A DNA stretch of 32,015 bases from Candidatus Fraserbacteria bacterium (GTDB lineage Bacteria > Bipolaricaulota > Bipolaricaulia > RBG-16-55-9 > JANLFV01): positions 1 through 32,015 of the forward strand of contig JBBIJD010000010.1 of assembly GCA_037446135.1 (NCBI GenBank), written 5' to 3'. Both the position numbers and the translations under genes were made by a program. Positions 1-8,307 of the stretch are shown here, piece by piece (the first letter of the stretch is position 1; each line of letters starts with the position of its first letter). The notes under the pieces are model-generated. The model was not told the origin of the DNA. It saw only the letters and a list, made by a program, of their open reading frames with translations, and made no database searches.

Positions 1-1
1 C

Positions 2-130
2 CAAGACGGCATCCGCGATCCGATCGGCTATCTTATCCGGATGGCCTTCGGTCGCCGACTCCGAGGTGAAGAGCCGCCTGCTCAAGCTAAGTCTCCCTCC
101 TCTTGCCCAACTTTGATTGCTGAAATATAA
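2..130 (+). CDS. possible 3' end of an upstream gene ([24 protein letters not shown]...AEI*)
   Basis: open frame from the window edge to TAA at 128-130; no recognisable motif. Confidence 0.25.
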   Translation, partial: QDGIRDPIGYLIRMAFGRRLRGEEPPAQAKSPSSCPTLIAEI

Positions 131-179
131 CAGATCGGCCTTCCTTCGTCAATCAACGAGATCCCCGACCATCGCTCGC

Positions 180-209
180 TTGCCGAGGCCCCCTTCCTGT
201 GGATAGAAT
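180..209 (+). promoter_or_regulatory. putative sigma70 promoter for the relBE-like pair
   Basis: TTGCCG (180-185), 18 nt spacer, TAGAAT (204-209); AGGAGGAG RBS before ATG 252. Confidence 0.5.
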
Positions 210-251
210 CCCTCTTGCAGAACCACAAAAGGCATAGGAGGAGAGTGAGCA

Positions 252-443
252 ATGAGGGCCTTGCAAGAGCAGTATGTGGTGGACGCTGAAGGCAATAGGA
301 CGGCGGTGATTCTTTCACTCAAGCAGTATGAGCAGTTGCTGGAAGACCTTCACGACCTAGCTATCGTAGCCGAGCGCCGCGAGGAGGAGTCGATCAGCCT
401 CGAAGAGATGAAGCGTCGGCTGCAGCGGGATGGGCTCTTATAG
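252..443 (+). CDS. small antitoxin of a type II TA pair (RelB/ParD-like)
   Basis: 63 aa, acidic; YVVDAEGNRTAVIL...YEQLLEDLHDL...ISLEEMK pattern; overlaps downstream toxin start. Confidence 0.8.
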   Translation: MRALQEQYVVDAEGNRTAVILSLKQYEQLLEDLHDLAIVAERREEESISLEEMKRRLQRDGLL

Positions 444-696
444 CATTAACTTCAAGCCATCTGTTGAGAAAGACTTGCAGCCCCTGTCCAAGACGCTCGT
501 TTCTCGGGTGATGAAACGCATTGAGGGGTTGAGAACCGAGCCGTTCCCCCGGCAGGCGCTCAAGCTATCCGGGACTGAACGGCTCTATCGCATTCGGGTG
601 GGCGACTATCGGATCATATACGAAGTTGACACCCAGGCCAAGCAGATCACGGTTCACTATGTGCGCCATCGTCGTGAAGTGTATCGCGCATCTTGA
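430..696 (+). CDS. relE: RelE/ParE-family toxin
   Basis: 88 aa with KLSG...YRIRVGDYRIIYEV...VRHRREVYR RelE signature. Confidence 0.9.
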   Translation: MGSYSINFKPSVEKDLQPLSKTLVSRVMKRIEGLRTEPFPRQALKLSGTERLYRIRVGDYRIIYEVDTQAKQITVHYVRHRREVYRAS

Positions 697-711
697 AAGA
701 CAGCCTGCTTC

Positions 712-772
712 GGCGAACGCGCCGCTGACAGCCGACGCCTAGACCGGCCACCTGTGGCTGAGCAACGACTGC
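712..772 (+). repeat. degenerate attC-like (integron cassette) site
   Basis: GGCGAAC-N5-GCTGACAGCCGACGCC...GTGGCTGAGC resembles attC R''/L''/L' boxes; the R' GTT is missing. Confidence 0.35.
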
Positions 773-857
773 TTGCTGCCAGGATAGGGTGGCACAGTGG
801 TCCTCGCCTCCGGGCCAGTGCGGGCCTGAGGCATGGCAAGACTCAAGTGGCCAAGGC

Positions 858-886
858 TTGCCGCGGCCTCGCTCCCTGAATAAAAT
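858..886 (+). promoter_or_regulatory. putative sigma70 promoter
   Basis: TTGCCG (858-863), 17 nt spacer, TAAAAT (881-886), upstream of ORF 960-1601. Confidence 0.5.
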
Positions 887-959
887 ACACTCGTGCTGCC
901 AATGAAGCTTATTTACAGAGACATTATGAGCTCTCTATCTAGCTTATCAGAGACAGAGT

Positions 960-1601
960 GTGTTTTGGATGGATGGTCGGGCTAATAAGAAGGAGCGAGA
1001 GCGGCTATTAGTGGAGTATTTCCTTCGCCTCCGAGGTGAGGAGTCCTTGTTGAGTGCTCTTCAGGGCTGCGAACCACCTGACCTCCTCATGAAGGAGAAC
1101 GATCGAATCATCGGCCTCGAGGTCAGGGAAATCTTCAGAGACCCCGAACCAGGACAGTGTCCACGGCAAGCTGTGGAGGCTGAACGTCGGCGTGTGGCTG
1201 AGCAAGCTGCAAAGTTGTGGAAGGAGAAAGGAAATCCGAACATTGAGGTTCGGCTTCACTTCAGCCCCCATTACCACATCCGAAAGGAGTCCGTGCCTGA
1301 GCTTGCTCAGCGGTTGGTCGACTTAGTTGAGAGGCACCTGCCCACGCCCGGCTTGTCGATGTATGTGGATAGCAACACCCTCCCGCACGGCGAGTTCCCT
1401 GATAAGGCCAAGCGCATCGCTGCATCCCGAGAAAAGTGTGGTGGGGTTTGGCTCTTGCTAGTTGTTGACGCGTGGCGTGTGTCATCCCTCTTGGAGGTGC
1501 CGGACAGGACTAAGGAGGAGATATACAGATCGCCCTTCGACAGAACATTCCTGTTTGAGTTGCAAGACCGCTGCATCACTGAACTGAAGACCAAGAGATA
1601 G
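960..1601 (+). CDS. hypothetical protein, possible PD-(D/E)xK nuclease-like fold (start may be ATG 969)
   Basis: EPPDLL...IIGLEVRE motif plus WLLLVVD and SPFDRTF segments; lower GC than the neighbouring operon. Confidence 0.55.
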   Translation: MFWMDGRANKKERERLLVEYFLRLRGEESLLSALQGCEPPDLLMKENDRIIGLEVREIFRDPEPGQCPRQAVEAERRRVAEQAAKLWKEKGNPNIEVRLHFSPHYHIRKESVPELAQRLVDLVERHLPTPGLSMYVDSNTLPHGEFPDKAKRIAASREKCGGVWLLLVVDAWRVSSLLEVPDRTKEEIYRSPFDRTFLFELQDRCITELKTKR

Positions 1602-1743
1602 AGAAGGAGGTGGAGCGATAGAACATAACATCGTATTGCCACTTCGTCACGGAGCAGTGCCCGATCTGCTCATAAATCACCGCAGCTGAAACAGATCGGC
1701 GATCTCGAAGAGGGGCAACATGTTCACAATGCTCATGTATTAA

Positions 1744-3168
1744 TCAATCGAGAGAATATCGCGCCGATACTCGCGGATTGCCAATGTGGCTGGGTCGATG
1801 TCCGCGCATCATGAGCTGGACATATCCGCGGATGTCGGCGAAGTCCTCGAGCGCCAGCGTGGCCTCGACTAACTCCTCCTGCCAGCGGGCGCTCAGAGCG
1901 CCTTGGGCATTGGCCCGGAACTTGGCGAGCAACTCCTCATCTGATAGTGGCCGTTCCGGCTCGCCCTTGGCGAAGTCCTCTTGCTTCCTGAAGGTTCGCC
2001 CATCTTCCATGATGATGGTCACGATTGCCCGCTTCACTTTAGGGAAGAGCTTATCGATCTCAGGGTCGGCCATGACCTTGATCTTGGGGAGGAGCTCCCA
2101 GACCAAAGGGTCCTCCAGCGCCTCCTCGGTGAAGTCCCTCGGGAGGACATTCCCCTTGGCGATCGCCACGGCAATGCAATAAGGAAGAGAGTGATCGGCC
2201 GTCTCCTTCGTCGTGGGGCGGTATTTGCTGGGATCGGAGAGGATGTCCGCCCCGCGGGTCGTGGTCTGGACGAGCACCTCCTTTACCCGGCGAGGCTCGA
2301 TTTTATGCTCTTTTACCAGCTCGAGCGTGGCCGTGATCGGCTGATGGGTGAGGGCCTCGGTCGGAAAGGCCTTGTAGCTGCATTCGGTGATGAGGAACTT
2401 CTCCCCCAGGCCGGCGAGGAGGGCCTGGGGCTCCCATTTGACATTGGAGATGGCCTGAAAGAGCCCTTCCTTCCCCTCGAAGACCTCTTCTGGGCCGGTA
2501 TACTCCTGGGCCGCGAGCATCGCTGCCCTCACCCCGGCCTCGACGGCCAACGGGTCGGCCGTATTCTTCATGTTCGTGAGCCGACCGGCCACGACGGCTC
2601 CGAGGGTGAAGTGGCTCGAGCCGCTGATCCCGACCGCCGCGACCAGTTGATCTTCATCTAAGCCGAGCATCCGCCCGGCCACGAGCGGGCTCACGAACTG
2701 CGTGAGTGAGGCGTGGTGCCAGCCGACCTCTCTGATCCCAGGATGGGCGGCGAGGCATAGCCTCATCTCCAGCTCATAGGCCAAGACGATCCCCACGATG
2801 AGCTCCTTCCCTGAGAGCCCCTCGAATTCGGCCGGGGCGAGCGCAGCGGGAATGAGGTCCGAGGGGTGGGAGGGGTCCTGCTTCCAGTAGATGTCGTTGT
2901 AATCGAGCGCCCGGATCAGGAGGGAGTTCATCAGCGCGGCATTGGGGAGGTTCGTCTTAGTCCCGAAGCCGATGATCGAGGCCTGCCTCCGCCCCCCCAG
3001 CCCGCGGATGTAGCGGTAGGCCGCCCGGATGTCCGGGAGGTCGAGGGCTGCCAGGGCGCACCCGAGGCTGTCCAAGAGGAACCGCTTAGCCTCCCGCCTT
3101 GCCGGCTCGGGGATCGCCTCATAGCTCAGCGAGAGGGCGAACTTAGCCCACTTCCGGCTGAGGCTCAT
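1744..3168 (-). CDS. prpD: MmgE/PrpD-family protein ((methyl)citrate dehydratase-like)
   Basis: LDSLGCAL, RALDYND, SHPSD, YKAFP, ETADHSLPY motifs; ATG overlaps the upstream TAA. Confidence 0.85.
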   Translation of the reverse strand: MSLSRKWAKFALSLSYEAIPEPARREAKRFLLDSLGCALAALDLPDIRAAYRYIRGLGGRRQASIIGFGTKTNLPNAALMNSLLIRALDYNDIYWKQDPSHPSDLIPAALAPAEFEGLSGKELIVGIVLAYELEMRLCLAAHPGIREVGWHHASLTQFVSPLVAGRMLGLDEDQLVAAVGISGSSHFTLGAVVAGRLTNMKNTADPLAVEAGVRAAMLAAQEYTGPEEVFEGKEGLFQAISNVKWEPQALLAGLGEKFLITECSYKAFPTEALTHQPITATLELVKEHKIEPRRVKEVLVQTTTRGADILSDPSKYRPTTKETADHSLPYCIAVAIAKGNVLPRDFTEEALEDPLVWELLPKIKVMADPEIDKLFPKVKRAIVTIIMEDGRTFRKQEDFAKGEPERPLSDEELLAKFRANAQGALSARWQEELVEATLALEDFADIRGYVQLMMRGHRPSHIGNPRVSARYSLD

Positions 3169-5339
3169 TACGGCACCTCCCGCTGTGATGGGCCCTTATA
3201 GACCGCCTGCTCGAAGTTGATCCTCCGCATCTCCGGCTGGGAGGCGACCTCCTCGAAGTAGTGGGCCGAGAGGCCCGCGACCCTCCCCCAGATGAAGAGG
3301 GCCTTGGCGATTATGGGGTCCAAGCCCAGGTCGGCCACGATCGCACCGATCACCCCGTCCACATTGATCGGGAGGTCTAGCCCTCGGGCCTGCTTGAAGG
3401 CCCGAGTGACGACCTTCGAGGCCGCGACATTCGCCCCGGCTATGCCGGCCGCCTCCGCGAGCTGCCAGAGGACATCCCTCCGTGGATCTTGGGTGTGGAC
3501 CCTATGGCCCAGGCCCTCGATCCTCCGCCCGGCCTTGATGTATTCGGCGATCAGGCTCTTGGCCGCCTCTTCCAGTTCGAGCCCATCCCTCCTCGCGCGG
3601 GCCACGCACTCCTTAAAGAATTCAGCGGCCTTGGCCCCAGCTCCGCCGTGGAGATCGGTGATCGCCCCGACCCCCGCGGCGAGGGCCACTTCATAGGCGG
3701 CCCTGGCGGAGGCCAAGATCAAGGTCGCTTGAGCCGAGGGTGGCGTGACTCCGTGGTCCACCGAGGCCACGACCATCGCCTCGAGGAGCTCGGCCCTGCG
3801 GGGCTCGAGCTCAGTGTCACCGGTGATCGCCCGATAGATCACCTCAGTGAAGCTCGCTCCCTCAGGGAGGTCCTCGAGCGCCGGCGTGGTCCCGAGGATG
3901 GCCGCGAGATGCCTTCCGACCCGGCCCAGTGCGAAGGCGGTCTTTAATGCGGGGCCCCGACTCCCTTTTGTGGGGAAGGCCGCGAGCTCCCTATCGAGGA
4001 GGAGAGCGCGGGCGAGGGCCTTGGAGAGGTCCTCCCCTCCTTCGAGCCTGAGCCCTTGGAGGGCCGGTGCGGGGGCGAGGGCAGGGGCCTTAGCCCCTTC
4101 TAGAGCCACAGCCTCGAGCTCCTCAACGGCCTCGGGCGAGGGGAGCTCGCCCCGGACCAAGAGATGAGCTACTTCTAGGAGGCCCTTCCTTCCGATGAGC
4201 TGCTGCAGGGGATAGCCGGAGATGAGGATATTGTTCGGCTCGATCTTCGTGATCAAAGTCCCCCAGCTCGGTGGCTTGGGCTTGGCCTCCCAGATCTCTT
4301 TCATCTTCTCATAATAGCGGGCGGTGTCGAAGTAAGTTCGGCGGAGCTTCCCTTTGACCGCCTCGATCAGGTCATACTGGGAGTTCACGACCGTGACCCC
4401 GGCCCGCTCAAGGGCCTCCTTCTTCGAACGGAAGGTCCCATAGGCCTGGCCGGGTGCGACGATCGCACCGGCATGGCCCATCGTCTTCCCTTCGGGGGCC
4501 CTTGCCCCGGAGATGAGGGCCACCAGCGGCTTGGGATAACGCTCGGGGTGGCTCAGGATATCCTCGGCCAGCCGCTCTTCTTGGCTCCCGCCGATCTCGC
4601 CGGCGATGACGACCAGATCAGTGTGCGGATGGCTCATCACCATTGGGACCAGGTCGACGAAGGTCGAGCCGATAGCCGCGTCCCCGCCGATCCCGATCAC
4701 CCCGTTCTGGGCGATCCCGGCGCTCGCCAGGGCATCCGAGAGATGATAGAGTATCGCCCCGCTCCTCGAGATGATCGTCACCCCTTTCGGCCCGAGCCTC
4801 CCCGGGGAAGGCTCCTCAGGGTAGAAGACATCGGGGAGCATCCCGATCTTGACCCGCTCAGGGGGGAAGATTGCCCCCGGGGAGTTCCCTCCGATGAGGA
4901 TCGTCTTGTGCCTTCTGGCCGCGACGATGATATCCCGCATATCGCGCAAGGGGATCCCTTCAGTGATGAGGGCGATGAAGGGTATCCCGGCCTCGATCGC
5001 CTCGATCGTCGCCTCCCTGGCGGTCGCGTAGTGGCGCCAGACGCTGGCGGCGGCGATATAAGGATGCTCCTGAAGGCACTCGGCGACGGTATCGTAGACC
5101 GGGATCGTCTCCTGGACCCTTGTCCCGCCCCGGCCTGGCGCGATCCCGGCCTTAATCAGGGTCCCGAACTCCTGCATCAGCCCGGCATGGCGGGTCCCTT
5201 GGGCCCCCAGCCCGATGACGATCGTCTCGACCTCGCCGGTCTCCTTGATGTGCTGAGCCAAATCGGGCCGGCGTGGCGCGCCACGCTGCTCGATCAGGTG
5301 GCAGAGGAGCCCCTCGCTCGCATGGAGCCGTTCCATCAC
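3168..5339 (-). CDS. succinyl-CoA-synthetase-alpha-like domain fused to a citrate synthase/citryl-CoA lyase domain (ATP-citrate lyase alpha-like)
   Basis: N-terminal ITEGIP, GGNSPG, SRSG, GIGGD, GEIGG and KTMGHAGA (phospho-His); C-terminal DHGVTPPS, HGGA, GLGHRVH, DPR, NVDG. Confidence 0.85.
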   Translation of the reverse strand: MMERLHASEGLLCHLIEQRGAPRRPDLAQHIKETGEVETIVIGLGAQGTRHAGLMQEFGTLIKAGIAPGRGGTRVQETIPVYDTVAECLQEHPYIAAASVWRHYATAREATIEAIEAGIPFIALITEGIPLRDMRDIIVAARRHKTILIGGNSPGAIFPPERVKIGMLPDVFYPEEPSPGRLGPKGVTIISRSGAILYHLSDALASAGIAQNGVIGIGGDAAIGSTFVDLVPMVMSHPHTDLVVIAGEIGGSQEERLAEDILSHPERYPKPLVALISGARAPEGKTMGHAGAIVAPGQAYGTFRSKKEALERAGVTVVNSQYDLIEAVKGKLRRTYFDTARYYEKMKEIWEAKPKPPSWGTLITKIEPNNILISGYPLQQLIGRKGLLEVAHLLVRGELPSPEAVEELEAVALEGAKAPALAPAPALQGLRLEGGEDLSKALARALLLDRELAAFPTKGSRGPALKTAFALGRVGRHLAAILGTTPALEDLPEGASFTEVIYRAITGDTELEPRRAELLEAMVVASVDHGVTPPSAQATLILASARAAYEVALAAGVGAITDLHGGAGAKAAEFFKECVARARRDGLELEEAAKSLIAEYIKAGRRIEGLGHRVHTQDPRRDVLWQLAEAAGIAGANVAASKVVTRAFKQARGLDLPINVDGVIGAIVADLGLDPIIAKALFIWGRVAGLSAHYFEEVASQPEMRRINFEQAVYKGPSQREVP
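5271..5286. repeat. 16 bp perfect palindrome GCGTGGCGCGCCACGC
   Basis: read directly; one of several copies. Confidence 0.9.
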
Positions 5340-6619
5340 CTTCGCTCCCTCCTGGAGGCAAGGGCCTTACTCAAGCCCTCTTTGATGACCTCAGCCATGA
5401 TCTTCTGGTTCCCGACGATGATCTCCATCTCCTTCAGGGCCTCCGGGGTCTCTTGCTTGGCCTTCTCCAGGAAGGCCCGTGCGCTGGGGAGGTCGGTCCC
5501 GACCATCCGCCCGTAGACGGGGATGACCCTCTTCCCTTGAGCGTGGCGCTCCCTGAGGGCCTGGACCAGCCCGCGGATGAAGATGTCGCAGCTCGAGATC
5601 CCCCCGAACCTCGAAGTGATGATCAGGTCCACCCTCGGATCGTCCATCAGGAGGTGGAACATCTCCGCCATCTGCTCCTGGGTCGGCCCGCCGCCGGAGT
5701 CCATGAAGTTGAAGGGCACGACCCTTCCATTGAAGAACCGCTCCCCGATGTTGGCTACCTCATCGATCGAGAAGATCCCGTAGCCCGCCCCGCCGGGGAC
5801 GAGCCCGACATAGATCTTTTCGGGGTCTTTCGGGGCTTCGGGGGGGAGGAGGTCGAGATACTTGAACCCAGCGGCCTGGGCCCGCCGCTCGTTGGCCGTC
5901 GGCTCGGCCACATCATGCCTCTTCCCAGAAATGCCCAACTCCTCGAGGAGCTGGGCCTGGCGGAAGAGGGCGTTCTCGTCGAGGACGATCTTGGCGTCCG
6001 CGGCCACCGGCCCCTTCGGGGTGATCATGAGGGGGTTGACCTCGCAGACCTTAGCGTCGATCTCCTGGTAGAGGGCATAGAGCTTGGCGATCAGCTCGGC
6101 GAGCTGGCCGGGCTCGGGGGCGGCCTCGCCGAGGTCCTTCGCCAGCTTCTCGGCTAGCTCCCGGGCCGATTCCGCCGGGAGCTCGGGCTCGTTCTCCAAG
6201 AGCTCGAGCCGGTGGATCGCCTCTGGGCGCGCGCGTGCGACTTCCTCGATCTCGACTCCACCGGAGGCGCTCACGAGCACGACATTATTGAAGGTCGCGG
6301 GGTCCATCGTCGCGCCGAGGTAGCAGGCGGCCTCCGCTTCCAGGGCCTCCTCCAATAGCACCGCCTCCACGGGGTAGCCGTTGATCCTGAGCCGGAAGAT
6401 CTCTTCGGCCTTGGCTTCGGCCTCCCCCAAGTTCGCGGCCCGCTTGATCCCCCCGGCCTTACCCCGCCCGCCGACCAGGACCTGGGCCTTGAGCATCAGC
6501 GGGAACTCTAGATCAAGCCCCTCTAGCTCCTCCGGGGAGTGGATCACCCCGAACTGCTTTGGAATGGGGAGCCCCCTCCCCTGGAAGGCCCGCTTAGCCT
6601 CGTGCTCGTAGAGCCTCAT
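5336..6619 (-). CDS. ATP-grasp acyl-CoA synthetase beta subunit (SucC/CcsA/AclB-like)
   Basis: MRLYEHEAK start at 6619 with AAGGAG RBS; KAQVLVGGRGKAGG, EVNPL, ADAK, NFMDSGGG, FGGISSCD. Confidence 0.85.
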   Translation of the reverse strand: MRLYEHEAKRAFQGRGLPIPKQFGVIHSPEELEGLDLEFPLMLKAQVLVGGRGKAGGIKRAANLGEAEAKAEEIFRLRINGYPVEAVLLEEALEAEAACYLGATMDPATFNNVVLVSASGGVEIEEVARARPEAIHRLELLENEPELPAESARELAEKLAKDLGEAAPEPGQLAELIAKLYALYQEIDAKVCEVNPLMITPKGPVAADAKIVLDENALFRQAQLLEELGISGKRHDVAEPTANERRAQAAGFKYLDLLPPEAPKDPEKIYVGLVPGGAGYGIFSIDEVANIGERFFNGRVVPFNFMDSGGGPTQEQMAEMFHLLMDDPRVDLIITSRFGGISSCDIFIRGLVQALRERHAQGKRVIPVYGRMVGTDLPSARAFLEKAKQETPEALKEMEIIVGNQKIMAEVIKEGLSKALASRRERR

Positions 6620-7134
6620 CGGCCCTCCTTGCCCTTGGCGATCTCGAAGTCGATGAAGTCGCAATGATGAATCAAGATGGCCTCCGGCGTCCTCTTCACC
6701 TTCTCCCCCTCCTCGGAGTGGGCCAGGACGATGTGGGCCACCTCGAGGGGGAGGCCGGCCTCGAGGGCCAGGGCAAAGCCGGAGACAGGGTGGCGGACCA
6801 GCTCACCGGCCCGCGCCTTCCGGACCTTCCCAGCCTGATGCTCGTATTCCAGGAGCTTTCCCACATCGTGGAGGAGGCCCCCAGCGAGGATGTGGTCCAG
6901 ATTCACATCATCCCGCTCCCGGGCCGCGGCTAGGGCCATCCTTGTCACCCTTCGGGTGTGCTCGACGAGCGAGGTCTTCGTGGGGATGAGCAGAGTGAAT
7001 GGGACCTTCTCCAGTTCAGCGACCTCCCAGCCGCCCCGCTCGAGGGCGAGCTGCCAAGTCCTCAAGACGCCCTCACGGAGCTTAGGATCGCGGATCTCTG
7101 CCAGTTCGGGGAATAACTCCTCCAGCTGTTTCAT
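6616..7134 (-). CDS. HD-domain (HDIG-type) metal-dependent phosphohydrolase
   Basis: VEHT...LLHDVGK...RHP...AHS...HCDF motif set. Confidence 0.85.
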   Translation of the reverse strand: MKQLEELFPELAEIRDPKLREGVLRTWQLALERGGWEVAELEKVPFTLLIPTKTSLVEHTRRVTRMALAAARERDDVNLDHILAGGLLHDVGKLLEYEHQAGKVRKARAGELVRHPVSGFALALEAGLPLEVAHIVLAHSEEGEKVKRTPEAILIHHCDFIDFEIAKGKEGR

Positions 7135-7159
7135 TACGGCCTGATTGATCGGGCTCAGA

Positions 7160-8275
7160 TCAGAGCCTCCGGGCCACCTCCCGTGCCACCTCGAGGGTCG
7201 AGGAGTTCCCGCCCATATCGTAGGTCCTCACTCTCCCCTCTTTGATCACCGAGGCGATCGCCCGCTCTAGGCGCTCGGCGCTCTCGGTCTTGCCGAGCCA
7301 CTCGAGCATCAGACGGACCGTGAGGAGCATCGCCATCGGGTTCACCTTGTATTGCCCGGCATACTTGGGTGCCGAGCCGTGGACCGGCTCGAAGAGGGCA
7401 TAGTTATCACCGATGTTCGCCGAGGAGGCAAAGCCGAGCCCACCGACCAGTTGGCCCGCGAGGTCGGAGATGACATCCCCGAAAAGATTGGAGGTCACGA
7501 GCACGCTGTAGTCCTGGGGGTTCTTGATCAGCCACATGGCCATCGAATCGATATTGGCCTCCTGGAGCTCGATCGCGGGATAATCCTTGGCCACCTCCCG
7601 GGCCGTCCGCACCATGAGCCCGCTCGTCTCCCTCAGCACATTGGGCTTCTCGACGATAGTCACCGACTTTCTTCCGGTCTTCTTGGCATACTCGAAGGCG
7701 GCCCGGACGATCCGCTCCGCCCCGCGCTTGGTGATGATCCTTAGGGTGATCGCGATCTCGTCTGCTGGGGTGTTGGAAAACCGCTTCATCTTCGGATGGA
7801 CCTCCAGGGCCTGGCGGACCTCATCCGGGAGGGGGTAGAACTCGACTCCCGCATAGAGCCCCTCGGTGTTCTCCCGGAAGACCACGAGATCGATGTCCTC
7901 CCGATAGTTGAGGGGATTCCCGGGATAGGCCTTGCAGGGGCGCATGTTGATGTAAAGATCGAAGAGCTGCCGCAAGCCCACGATCGGACTGGAGTAGGTG
8001 TAGCCCTTCCCGCGGAGCTCGGGGTTCAGCTCCTGTTCAGCTTCTTCTTTGGGCTTGGAAGTGATCGCCCCGAAGAGGCAGCACTTCGTGCTCTTCAATA
8101 GCTCGATCGTCCTTTGGGGTAGAGGATTGCCCTCGTTCTTCCACAGTTCCCAGCCGACCTCGCCCTCGAGGTATTCGGCATCGAGGTCGATCTTCTCCAG
8201 GACGATCCTGGCCGCATCCATCACATCCCGGCCGATCCCATCGCCGGGGAGGAGCGCGATCCGCAGCTTGGGCAT
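7160..8275 (-). CDS. isocitrate/homoisocitrate/isopropylmalate dehydrogenase-family enzyme, probably NADP-dependent
   Basis: PGDGIG, RENTEGLY, KPNV, NLFGDVISD, EPVHGSAPKYAG; ATG 8275 preceded by GAGGTGG. Confidence 0.9.
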   Translation of the reverse strand: MPKLRIALLPGDGIGRDVMDAARIVLEKIDLDAEYLEGEVGWELWKNEGNPLPQRTIELLKSTKCCLFGAITSKPKEEAEQELNPELRGKGYTYSSPIVGLRQLFDLYINMRPCKAYPGNPLNYREDIDLVVFRENTEGLYAGVEFYPLPDEVRQALEVHPKMKRFSNTPADEIAITLRIITKRGAERIVRAAFEYAKKTGRKSVTIVEKPNVLRETSGLMVRTAREVAKDYPAIELQEANIDSMAMWLIKNPQDYSVLVTSNLFGDVISDLAGQLVGGLGFASSANIGDNYALFEPVHGSAPKYAGQYKVNPMAMLLTVRLMLEWLGKTESAERLERAIASVIKEGRVRTYDMGGNSSTLEVAREVARRL

Positions 8276-8307
8276 AGACCACCTCTTAGTTCTCGATTGC
8301 CAATAGC

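Noticed and set aside
828..870. Imperfect inverted repeat GAGGC..GGCAAG / CTTGCC..GCCTC
   Set aside because: Long loop, no U-tract and no second copy; cannot be called a terminator or element end.
6620..6664. Longer N-termini in the ORF track for the beta subunit (6664), dehydrogenase (8314), wbpA (24337), wbpB-like (25614) and wbpD (26549)
   Set aside because: Downstream ATGs match family N-termini and have an RBS or stop/start overlap.
7145..7158. Fnr-like TTGAT-CGGG-CTCAG between the dehydrogenase and HD genes
   Set aside because: No -10 hexamer at the 22 nt spacing and only 10 nt from the start codon; probably chance.
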